A DNA stretch of 64,000 bases, taken from the human T2T-CHM13v2.0 reference genome, Homo sapiens. Each line of letters opens with the position of its first letter. The first letter of the stretch is position 1. Shown here piece by piece: positions 41,292 to 53,398 of this stretch. The position numbers and the translations under genes were made by a program. Under the pieces are notes generated by a model. The model did no database searches. It saw only the letters and a list, made by a program, of their open reading frames with translations, and was not told where the DNA came from. Location: assembly GCF_009914755.1 (NCBI RefSeq), contig NC_060929.1; one strand, given 5' to 3'.

Positions 41292-42439
41292 CCAACCTAA
41301 GATATCTTCCTAGTAAGTCTACTTCTGTAGATAGATACATTATGAATAGTGGAGATCTTTGGTTGTTGTTTCTCCTCTAGATGAATGCACAAACACCTAT
41401 ATGTGTTCTTTAATACCTTATGGTTTTGGTTTTTGTAGTTCTGCACATTCATTTAGATCTTGGAAGTTAAGTAGCCACTATAGCTTAGTGCACCTCTTTT
41501 AGATCCATACATATTAAAGATGAGAAGCCAAAAGAAAACTCAGGTCCCCTGAGGCATGTGGGAGGATTTCAGTGCTTTACTTAACACAGCTTCCACCATT
41601 TAGGGTGAAGCTCTGACAAACATATTGAATTTGCTTAAGTATAGTAACCTAAATTTCAATCCTAACTTAAAAAAGATTCCCTTTAGTACTGCTGCTAGAG
41701 ACATGATGGAGAGCTAAGCTTTCATGTATGATTACATATGTGTTGAGATCATCAAGTTGAAAGGGAAGATGTGGTTTACATTACTAAATAATGAACTTAA
41801 TATAAAGTTTTTGAAAAATATGACAATATTTCAAAGATCTATTTCCAAGAACCGAGATGAGAGGGCTTACATTGGTGGTCATTGCAGATATTTCTTCACT
41901 CTCCTTTGTTGATAACAACCTGGCCTCAGACAGCCTACATTATTATGAGAATATTATTCTCAGTTGAGCACATCCCAAACCACAGTTTGACTGTAGACTT
42001 CTGTTTAGTTTCAGGTGAGGGTATTTGCAACATTTCAGATGCTGAAGAATGTTGTGCAGCCACATTACTTTTTATGATCATATTCTTATTAGATCACTCA
42101 ATGGCCTTTGGTGCTACTAAAAGCGATGGAATCTGGCTATTATAGACACTAAATACATCTTGTCCATCACTCACCTGTACATAAAGTTTCCACAATATTG
42201 GCAGGGTTGGATAGCTAGAGTGGCCTCTCCTTCATCTGATTTATTTCTTATCATAAATGGCAGAGGTTGCAGACTAACTGCGTGGGCCAAATCTGGCCTA
42301 CGGAGATATTTTTTTGCTCTGAATAGTGCATTTAAAAAATTGAATTTACGATAAAAACAAGTGGAATTTTTATATATAAACTTCGATTTCAGCTTCTCTT
42401 GAAAAGGAGGAGAATCAACACTGGGCTCACAACTCATCA

Positions 42440-42950
42440 GAGCTGAGTCATACGTACATCAGCAGGACCTACGTGGGAACCAAATAGCAAACTCAAATTG
42501 GGAAATTTGAGGAAGGTTTCATTCAGTGATTGTTTACAAATGTGTGAACAGTATGTCAGGAAGCCACAAAGTAAAACACAGTACCCTAGGGCTGGTAAAC
42601 ACAGGAAGTGGTTGCAATCCTGAAGGGGCAAGTCCAGGGAGAAGCACTGGAACCTAGAGAGCCAGCACAATGTGGAAAAGCCTGTCCGACAGAGCTGCGG
42701 CCTTTGAGTGAAGGACACCGCCACCTTGTAAGGATTTCCCTGAGAGGATGCCGAACAAATAAACATCCAAACTTCACTCCCCGTCCCTCTCATTGAGTGC
42801 TATTGCTCCCCCACGGGCCCAGTGAAACTGGCAGCTGAAGTCAAGGGAACCTCTTGAGTCCAGTCCATAAAGGTTGGTCTCAAAAGGCACAGAACAGGAT
42901 GGAGAAGGTTGGAGAGGGGGAATCCAGAGGACCAAACAGAAGATACCCAG
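42440..42950. mobile_element. Ancient ERVL-type LTR (LTR33-like)
   Basis: actcaaattgggaaatttgaggaaggtttcattcagtgattgtttacaaatgtgtg resembles LTR33; recognised by recall only. Confidence 0.5.
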
Positions 42951-43233
42951 CATAATTAGCAACTCATTCCCATGGACAGAGCTTATATTCTACAGTTTGC
43001 CACAGGCCCCTCCCTACCTTCTCTACTGTCTCCATACCAAATTACCATTTATCATCATGCCAATATGATGTTTCTCACAGGACAAAACTAATTTTCTACC
43101 AATATCTGTATCAAAAGTGAGCAAGGAATGATAAAGGACCAAATTATTCAAGAAGATTGAGGGAAAACAATACATCAGAGAAATATTAGTATGTGTTTAA
43201 TATGTAAGCAGAATATACCTTGATCTTCTTTTA

Positions 43234-43874
<641 letters not shown>

Positions 43875-45437
43875 TCCCTGAATTTTTTATTGGGAAATTA
43901 TCTTTCCACCACTAAGTGTAGTCTTGTTTGGGAGGATAATTCTAGGTGACTTTTTGCTACTATGGGAGCTGAAGGGTTAGAACCCTCCCTTCCCCCACCA
44001 CATGGTCAGGCACATGACTCAAGCACAGTCAATGGAATTCTCTCTGCAGGGACTTTGACTCATGAGTAAGTTACTTAAGGGCAATAGTAAATTTCTCTTG
44101 CTTGCTGCCAATCATGAATAATAACTGAATCATTATCTAAACTGAGGAGGGAGACCATTAATAGGTTGATATTTAAATATACTTTCCAACTTTTGGAAAC
44201 TTTTCTAACTCAGTAGGCTGTGGAGAGAGTTATAGAGGAATTGCTGGTTGCAGATGAACCCCCAAAGATGAGAAGTACCTGTTGAGCATTTATCCATTTC
44301 TCAAATTTGCAAATAAAGCTGAAGATTGTGCTTATGCTCCAGACTACTTTAGGAGAATGTACATATAGCGTACTGTTTTCCTGGAGAGAACAGAATGGAA
44401 ACTGTTCATGATTGTGCAATGTCATCTTGTACAGATCATGACCTTCCCAGGATGGCCCACAGATAACCACGAGCAAGGCAAAATCACAAAGGCTGGCTAT
44501 GTTGGCCTGAAGGACGATAAGTATTGGGCCGCATTTACTCCAGAGGCCTCAGTCTGGTCGGCTGAATTTTTGTCAGGCTTGCATCATGTTCAACCTCTTT
44601 CTCTGACCAATCTTTCCTCCTCCCCTTCCTTTCACAAATATTGATCCTTAATAGACATCTCTTCCCTCAAACTCTATCCCATCTGTTTCCAGAAAGCCTG
44701 ATGAGCGACATCATTGCAATCAGCTTGGTCTTGATTGCTTCAGTGAATCTTTCTCAGGTGGCCAATGACTTACATGTTGGTAAATCAAATAGAGATTTCT
44801 TGGTCATCAATTTATTTAACCTCTTATGGCATCTGAAATAGTAATTAAGAAAAAATTACAGTGGCAGCCCACAGGATTAACACAGTCCTTGCAGACACAT
44901 CATTCATTGATTCTTTAATTATTAAATATATAATGAAGGGCTTCAAATATGCCATAAAGTAAGAAATATAAAAACAAATAAAACAAAATTATTTGTTTTC
45001 TAGGAGCTCTGTTTAATGATATTTCATCAGATAGAGAGTAAAAGAGGAGAAAGAGAGCAGCCTCCATGTTTTGAGCTTGGATGACTGGATGATTCAGATG
45101 TCACTGAGGTAAAATCTATAGGAGGGATAATTAGTTTTAGGGGGAAAGAGAAAAGGTTCCTTTCTGAGTTCCATGAGTTACAGGTACCTGTGGGATATCA
45201 TGTAGAGATGACTTTAGAGTAATCGTAGCAGAGATCGAGTTGCAGTAAGTTGACGATTGAATATACCCTGAGCATATGGCAAAGGATGAATAGGGATGGG
45301 AGATTCTCAAACGTGGCTGAGCATTAAACTCATATTTAGAGTTAAGGAAAAATGAACTCCAAAGTTTCTTCCCTAGAGATTTTTATTTGTTGATCTGCAG
45401 AGAAAAAAAAAATGTGTATTTTTACAAACTCTTCAGA

Positions 45438-45888
45438 TGTCCTGTGTTCAGTTTGGATTCTCTGGAAAGCAGACACCAAGAGGGAGTGAAAATGGGAAGG
45501 GAGGAATACATGTGTGGGTGGGGAAGAATACATGTGTGAGAGAAAATGGGAAGGGAGCTGGAGAAGGCTGGAGGAGCTGACAGACTGCTATGCAAGTCTA
45601 TACCAATAAAGGCAGGAGGGAGGATGGTTGGAAGTGTCTCAGAGCACTCTGCAGGTTTAGCAAGCTTGTCAGGGAGTCCTCAAACTGAAGTTGGCCATGT
45701 GAGGAGTTCTGTGTCTTTCAGGAATAGGCCTGCCTCAGTATCCCTGCAACACTCAGTCATTAGCTAGAACAGCCTGATCTTGGCACAAACATTGTGATGG
45801 ATTTCAGAATGCAGCAGCTGGGGACTTTTGGACAATTAAATGCCCCATAGTTGGAAGTCTTTGAGGCACATTCTCCTGGCTGCCACAT
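45438..45888. mobile_element. Ancient LTR (LTR16/ERVL-like)
   Basis: tgtcctgtgttcagtttggattctctggaaagcagacacc...tcctggctgccaca; TG...CA bounded, about 450 bp. Family assigned by recall. Confidence 0.5.
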
Positions 45889-46470
45889 ATACCCTGCCAT
45901 TTTAAGACAATGAAATGAGGGGAAAAAAATCCAAACGGGCTGTAGCTGGACAGGTTTTTGGGCCCAAGGCAAAGTTTCATGTTGCTTTTTAGATGGGAAA
46001 GATTTCAGTGTTTGTAAGCCTAGAGAAAGGAATCTGTACAGTGGGAGAACTTAAAGATAAAGAAGAGGGATAGCCAGAGGGAGGCAGAAAAGGAGAAGGA
46101 GAATGGGAAAGAATGAATTGTAAAAGACAAACACTCCAGAAAAGGCAGGAAGAAATGGGATCCAAAGGTTATGGCTTTGAATTTAAGGCATGACATCTTA
46201 TTCTCTGGGACAGTGTCTGGATATGGGTTAAGGTCAAAGGTTGTAGGGAATTGAAAGGAATTGCTTTTAGTTATCTTAATTTCTGACACAAAATAGGAGT
46301 CAAAGTATTAGGAGTCTTGGTAGAAGGTTTGGTCTTGAAGAGGAGATATCCCGTCTTCTGAGGCTGAAGCTAGAGTCAAGGTTGGATGCAGAGAAAGACT
46401 GTTTTGTAGATGTAGGATCAAGTTAAGAGAGAGGAAGCCTGATGGCCTCAATATTAAAAAAATATATTTA

Positions 46471-46753
46471 TTTCTTTTTTTTGAGACAGGGTAAATTTTT
46501 TTGAGACAGTGGCACAATCATGGCTTACTGCAGCCTCTACCTCTCAGGCTCCAGTGATCCTCCCACCACAGCCTCCTAAGTAGCTGAAACTACAGGCATG
46601 TGCCCCCACACCCAGCTAATTATTTGTATTTATTGTAGAGACAGGGTTTTACCTTGTTGCCCAGGATGGTCTGGAACCCCTGGGCTCATGAAATGTGCCC
46701 TCCTCGGCCACACAAAGTGCTAGGATTACAGATGTGAGGCACCGCATCTGGCT
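46471..46753 (-). mobile_element. AluJ
   Basis: Diverged dimer with a rearranged 3' end (ttgagacag occurs twice). Confidence 0.85.
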
Positions 46754-46806
46754 AGCCTCAATTTTTTTAATGAAGTAGGAGGCAAGGTTATCCATTGAAG
46801 GTATTA

Positions 46807-46812
46807 TTTATT
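46807..46812 (-). terminator. FYB1: Candidate distal FYB1 polyadenylation signal AATAAA
   Basis: tttatt on the plus strand. More proximal AATAAA copies also occur at ~47228, ~47770 and ~48653-48665. Confidence 0.55.
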
Positions 46813-47699
46813 TGCAGCTCATCTTAAGTGACAAAATTCCATACAGAAGACTATAACAGAAATCATATTTAATATATTAAAATTAATACTTCAAATATCT
46901 TTCACATTAAGATGATTATCTATTGTGTAAATCTTTCCTAGGTATGTGTGTCTGTTTCTTGATGTGTAAACCAAAACTCTGAAATATTCTCTTGATCTAA
47001 CTTTGACTTTTAAAAACTGACATTGTATTGAATTTACATAATTCTCAATCAGAAAAAAAATTACTGTCAGACTGCAATGCAAGTCTGCCCCAATGAAGGC
47101 AGGAGGAGGGATGGCTGGAAGTGTCTCAGGGCACTCTGAAAGTTTAGCAAGCTTATCAAGGAGTCCTCAAACTAAAGCTGGCCAAAAACTTCAGCATAAA
47201 AACTATCCTGTCTGTGTATTATATATATTTATTACCAAATTTAATAAACAAAAACCACTTTTGAACCAGGTAATTTTATCTAGTGTGAAAAGAAATTAAT
47301 CACATGGTCATATACTGGCTAGTGCTCTCTAAAAGTAGACATTAAAATATTTCATAATTGGAGGGAATCTTTGGAGATTAGTGGCATCTAATCTTGGGGC
47401 CTCAGACACCCAAAATCTATATATTGACCAGTGGAAGTTGATGATTTGTTATCAAATTTCAAAGCACCTAATGGAAACCCCACTTCATCTCTGTGAAGAT
47501 TTTCAGTTCCTTTACAGTTATTTGAAATTATTTCAATTCTGTGGAGCCACTTCAGAAACTCCAATGGGCCTTTGCAATATTAAAATGTGGAGAATGCATT
47601 AATCATTATTTAATCAATGAGTTTAAAAAATAGACAAAAGCTTCTGAAACATGGGACTGAAGTAGGCGGAGCATTATAAAAGCCTAAGGTAATTGGTAG

Positions 47700-47850
47700 T
47701 GAAGAGTTGGAAAAACTTACTTAGTCTAATATTGTAATTTACAGATAAGGAAACTGAGAAGATAAATAATTTATTCAATATCACTCGATGGTTCATTAGT
47801 AGAAGAGCCAGCATTATGATGTACTCATTTTGTACTCTAGGAGTTGTTAA
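47700..47850 (-). mobile_element. MIR within the FYB1 3'UTR
   Basis: atttacagataaggaaactgagaa core. Confidence 0.6.
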
Positions 47851-48978
47851 AAAGCACTTAATATCTTCTTTTCTTGGGTGTTAGCATTTTTCATTTTTTA
47901 AATCATGCTATTTAGTGTTCTTAACATTTGAAACCCAAATGGTTCACATTTTGTTTTTGGATTGCTTTGGGAATGAGTATGTACTGTTAGAGAAGGGCCC
48001 AATCCAAACACTAGAATTTTAATAATTTCTACTCCCTCTGCTGGCCAACTTTCCAGTAAAATGGATTTTAAAAAAAGAGAAAAAAAAATCTAGCGGTAAT
48101 TGAAACAAAAACAAAAACTTTAAAAAGTGTCTTCATTATAAAGAGGTGCCATGCATAAAAGCCTAGGTAGTTTCAAGGTCCATTCTTCCATTCCTCATGA
48201 TTTTAGGGTTATCCTCATTCAGATCTACTCTAGTTATAATAGTACTTTAAACAGAGCACAGAATTAAACCATTAGTATGTGAATCTGCAAAAAGAGAACT
48301 TGTTTTAGACTCTTCTACAGTTTAGACTTCAATGTGCATACTAAATGCATAACATTCGTATCAAATAATTAACATTTATATACAATTAACAAATAAGGAC
48401 AAATTTTATACAAAACTTCTACTACTGCTATAATTTTTGAAAACATTTAACCCACTAGCAAGAGGTAAGACAGCACTGCCTTTTTAAAAGACAGGTCACT
48501 TGAATAGAGAATATAAGATATAACCATAAGTAGAAGTATAAACAATAATTTTTCTTCTTGTGGAATGTTTTTAAATTTCCTTTCTTATATTATTATTCTT
48601 CCTTAGGTTTTTTTAGACAGGTCATTTCTTCCTGAATGATTTTCCTTTTTCTTTTATTTTTATTTTTTGAAGGAGGATTATTTACTGGTGGTCTAAAAGA
48701 AGTACCTTCAACTTCTTCATAATTGTAGCCAAAGCGGAAATGGAATATTTAATAATTCTTACATCTCACTAATGTAGTCTTCTGAGATAACAATTAAGCA
48801 GAGAGATTATTTTCTATGTTCAAACTTTAAACACTTTGTAAAGATAATTGGGATTTCATAACAAATGATAATAAGTGGTTTTGTGCATTAATTTTCTTGA
48901 TACCCAATAACATGCCAATTAAAATCCAGACTTCACATTGGCACCTAATGAACACAGCAGAATGACCAAAGTTGAGTG

Positions 48979-49001
48979 CTAGTCATTGTCATAGATGCAG
49001 C
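48979..49001 (-). CDS. FYB1: FYB1 last exon, coding part (G-CIYDND*)
   Basis: Acceptor ttttttcctttcag|GC TGC ATC TAT GAC AAT GAC TAG; ADAP C-terminus. Confidence 0.96.
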
Positions 49002-49766
49002 CTGAAAGGAAAAAATACAAATTTAAATATAGTTATTAAAAACATATTCTCTAAGTATTCCAAGTTTGGAAATGTGGGTGATTCATACTCTCCTGGTTAA
49101 GGATTAAAAAAAATAGAACTGGCTCACTTTATAAAAAATGAGTTAAATGGAAGATCATATATTTAACTTTTATTATTTAGTATATAATTCAACAAAATTT
49201 CTGGACAGATTTATTCTCTATTAAAATGAGACTCAAGATTATTTTATGTGGCACTTAGTCATATACTTTTTGGTAGTCACTCTGAACGAGGTTGAAGATA
49301 TTAAAGAGCAAGACTCGTAAGTTTAAAAGACTAAAGGAAATCATGATCAACACTGCATCATTTCAGTTAGATTAATTTTTTAGATTACAGTTTGGAACTA
49401 TATGATGCTTAGAGAATATTGGTATTACTGGTTATGAAATAAGTACCTATTTATTTGCCAAAAATGTTTATTTGCTTGGATAAAAGAAATTCTTATTATG
49501 AGTCACAGTACAATAAAAAATTTCCCAAATATTTTTATACTTCTGTTTTCAAAGAAATAAATAAGGTTTTTCCTTAATTTTCCATCTTGTGGGAAATGCG
49601 GTATTTTCCCCCCATTATGCCAGGGCATTTACCTTTTCTAACATTTTCAAGTGATTCAAATTCTGATCAGATTGGAAGTCTCTAATCCAACAAGCTATTT
49701 TTAGCATTTATAAAAACAGTAAATTCACTATGACTGTTCTCTGGGGTGGTACTACGTAAGACTTAC

Positions 49767-49798
49767 CATCAGCAATATCATCATAGATCTCTCCATCA
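49767..49798 (-). CDS. FYB1: FYB1 penultimate exon (32 nt; N-DGEIYDDIAD-G, includes Y771)
   Basis: tttacag| ... ATG|gtaagt; phases fit both neighbouring exons. Confidence 0.96.
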
Positions 49799-51891
49799 CT
49801 GTAAATGTAAAAAAAAATTTTTATTTTAAAGAAACTATGTTCTTGGCATTAGAGCAATATATAGAAGAATAGAGTAACAGTATAATTTTATAAGACACAA
49901 TTAAGACTTTTAAGCATAGTATGCATTTATAAGTAGAAATAAATTTGATATTCATTATCTCTTCTTTCATTGACTTAATCTAGTCCTCTGTTTCATTTTA
50001 CATACAGAATAATTAAAACATGCTTCAAGAGCATAGACTATGCCTTACTCATCTTTATAAGACATGTTTGTTAACAATGTACTAAACATCATGGTACAAT
50101 ACTCCCATTGGGGATGTTAATTCAAAGCTGCAATGGACTTTTATGTCTGTTAATATCAGATTCATACTTTCACTTGAATTTCGAATGGTGAATTAAATAC
50201 AATAATAATTGGCATAGGAAATGGTTGCATCATTTTCACATGTTTTCTAATTATAACTCATACATATAATAAAATATATAAATATTAGTTACAGAATAAG
50301 TAGCCAAGATATGATTATTATGGTGATTCTTATGTAATTTTAAAACTATTACTTATGATTATAGGCAGCATCCATAATAGTAATTTTGGTACTTTTACAC
50401 ATTTTAGGTTTTGCCTGGCCCTGAATCTTTGTGATATTTTCTATCCGACAAACATACTGAATCCCTTCTATGTACCAGGAGACATAAATTTGAGTAAGAG
50501 ACAAGCTTTGCTTTTAAGTACCTTATAATCAAACAGGAGATTATATAAGAAATAAAAATAGAGAGCATTATAAACATGAACATTGCCTTGAAATGTAAGA
50601 TATACTTCTAAAATTCAGAAATGTAGGGTGGCTTTGTCACTTAGACCAGAACTACTCTTTGCTGTACAATCTCTGTGCTTTATCATGGAAGCAGCAGCAG
50701 GCCCTTCAAACTGCTGCCAACTATGGCAGATGCTGTGAGTTCCCTATGTCTTCTGTTTGGATCTTTTCTCTGAGATGGAGGGAGGGTTTGGCTAACGGAA
50801 ATCTCATCCAAATGCGAGCAGGACAGGTTTTTCTGTCATTTATACAATAAACATTTATTAAGTATTCGCTTCAATAGGTGGTGAACCAACAATTACTTAC
50901 AGAGTATGCTTTCTAAATTCTCTCAATCAGCCTGTAATAATCACTGATGGAGATGTTGTCCTATTATTTGCCACACATTCTGTCCTTAAAATTTGTATCT
51001 TTCATAGAACAAAACCTATTGAAAGTCTCTTGCCTCCCACTGTGATTAATGTGCTCAGGAGAACAAAGGTATTATGATTATTTTTCTTTGGCCTTTACTA
51101 GTTTGCCAGCAAAGCTCTTCACACTGATTTGTGTTTTTCTGATTGGTGTCAGGTTGTTGATGGGTACACAGTTTGTGACTCCTTCTGGATCTTTTCATTG
51201 TGCTAAATTCTGTAAATCTTTGCATTGGCACGTGACCTAACCTGATAATGGAGTTCGTTTCTTGCACTGGGTTACTTGGGACAGAATCTTATGTTTCAGG
51301 GGACTCCAAAGGCACACTAGTACCACACTGTGACAGACTGTGACAATGTCTTATTCATAAGAATAGAAGAATCATTGATGACTGTCTTTTTTTCTGGCAT
51401 GCTTCCATAAAAGGCAACATAGTACTCTACTATGCCTAGTGTGAGTGAAGCAAAGCCCTTAATTAAGGGCTAAATTATGAACTGTTAACAGGTGATATTA
51501 GCACCTACTGTGAAGTCACTAATTGGTCCCAAATTAATTCCACTCAATCAATTGCATTAGCAAGTAAAATGCAAAATATTGATGAAAAGGTTACTGGCTT
51601 TGACATGTCTTCAGTGTTTGCTGAGAGCCTAATGAATATATAAAACTATTAACTATGAGCTGTACAATTTTAAATGAGAAGGGCTCCTCGCCTATTTAAA
51701 AGAGTAGCACTTCATGGAAACCTAAACTTTATTATGGATACTAACATGTTAACGTTAGTATAGCATATTGTTTTTAAATTTATTTATGATAGTTGAGTAG
51801 GTTACATTATTTAAGTAATATTATAAATATTTTAAAAAGAAAGGCACAAAATTCTTTTCACAAGCATAGTAGTAGAAGAAAATGGGCTTAC

Positions 51892-51925
51892 TTGTCCGCT
51901 AGGTAACTCCGAAGGACATAACCAT
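51892..51925 (-). CDS. FYB1: FYB1 exon (34 nt; Y-GYVLRSYLAD-N, end of C-terminal hSH3 domain)
   Basis: ttcctttttccttcgtag| ... CAA|gtaagc; frame is continuous. Confidence 0.96.
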
Positions 51926-53221
51926 CTACGAAGGAAAAAGGAAATAAATTGTATCAATAATACAGGTTGAAAAATCTTTAGTACTTTTTTCAGGAAATCA
52001 AAACACAAGAGAGTAATCATAGTATATTGAATAATTGTATCTATCTCTGGAAATGACCCATTTTTCTTACTTGTGTCTACTTTTGTGTCCTTCCTTTCTT
52101 CTCCTTTTCTCCCTAACTTTTCTCTTTCTCCAGTATGTCTCTTTTTTCTCCAATTTCAACCTTTCCTCCTTTCCCCTTTAAATAAAAAAGCAACTTTTTT
52201 CATTAAGCTACTGTAGGCTGTAGCACAGAGTTCAGTGTGTTACCCCCATGATCCAGTTTTAGGAAGAATTTAGTAAGCATAGATTATAAAAGTCATTTAT
52301 TGGTAAGTATTTTAAATACCACCAGATCTAAGACTTACTTTCTAAAATTTTATTATATTGAGCAGAGAGAGAACTGTATTCAACTCCCCTTTCAGATCCC
52401 AGCCAGCTATTGACTACTAGGGGGACTATGCATTGTAAATAGTCTCAAACAGGTCTCTTTTACTCTGTATGGAAGAAATTCCTCTACTGTTTTGCTATTG
52501 GACAGTATCAACATTTGCATTTCATCACTCATGGAGCAAAAGCATTATTGGAAGAGCACATACTATGGATTCTATGATGCCTGGTTAAGTAGAAAATAAG
52601 CCATATTTTATGCAAGAAAGCTAAGTTTTGTTGTTGTTGTTGTGTGAGGGGCACCTTATATTTGCCTCTCATTGTGCAAATGTTTCTCAGGAAAAATAGG
52701 AACTATTTTTCTTAAGAAAATGCCTGCTGATATCTAATTAATATTACTAATCTTTGGAATTGTTAGTTTTGTGTTAGTGCCTAAAATCTGTTGTATGCTT
52801 GAGATTAGTACCATTTATTGCTTCCTCAATACAATCTCTAAATAATTTCTCTCAGTGAGTCAATCTATTGGTTTTGGTCCACTTTAGATCTAATTTTAGT
52901 TCTGAATCAAAGCAAATGTGTTACAAATTATAAGGAGAAAGCTCATAAGCAAAAATTAATAATATAAATGATAAACTTACGTAAATGTATTGATGTCATA
53001 TTGCCAATGATTAAACATGAAAATATTTTTTAAAAGTTGGAATCATAAAACTGAATTTATACATTAAAATTTAAGAAAATGAACTTTCCCTTGAAGTGTT
53101 ATAGGGTTAAAAAAAACTCCACTAAAATATTTTATCAAGAAGCTCACTACTTTTTAATAAAAACAATTTATAAGTATCATATTTGGGAAAGAAAGAATCA
53201 AAGTTACCCTTGAATTCTCGT

Positions 53222-53398
53222 AGTAGGAAAATAATGAGACATGTGCCAAGATAATAAAAGCACAATAACATATTACTCAGAGTATAAAAAACTAGAAGTA
53301 GGAAAAGTAATGAAACACTAGGAAAGTAGGAAAGTAATGAAACATGTGTCAAGATAATAAAAGCACAATAACACATTACTCAGTATGAAAAATTAGAA
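53222..53398. repeat. Complex tandem duplication (~75-bp unit twice with a partial unit between)
   Basis: catgtg(c/t)caagataataaaagcacaataaca(t/c)attactcag occurs twice; agtaggaaa..taatga occurs three times. Confidence 0.88.

Larger units (their letters stand above)
46790..48978 (-). other. FYB1: FYB1 3'UTR (~2.2 kb; distal end approximate)
   Basis: Follows the TAG stop. AT-rich, ending near the AATAAA at 46807-46812 just before the repeat-dense intergenic DNA. Confidence 0.65.
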
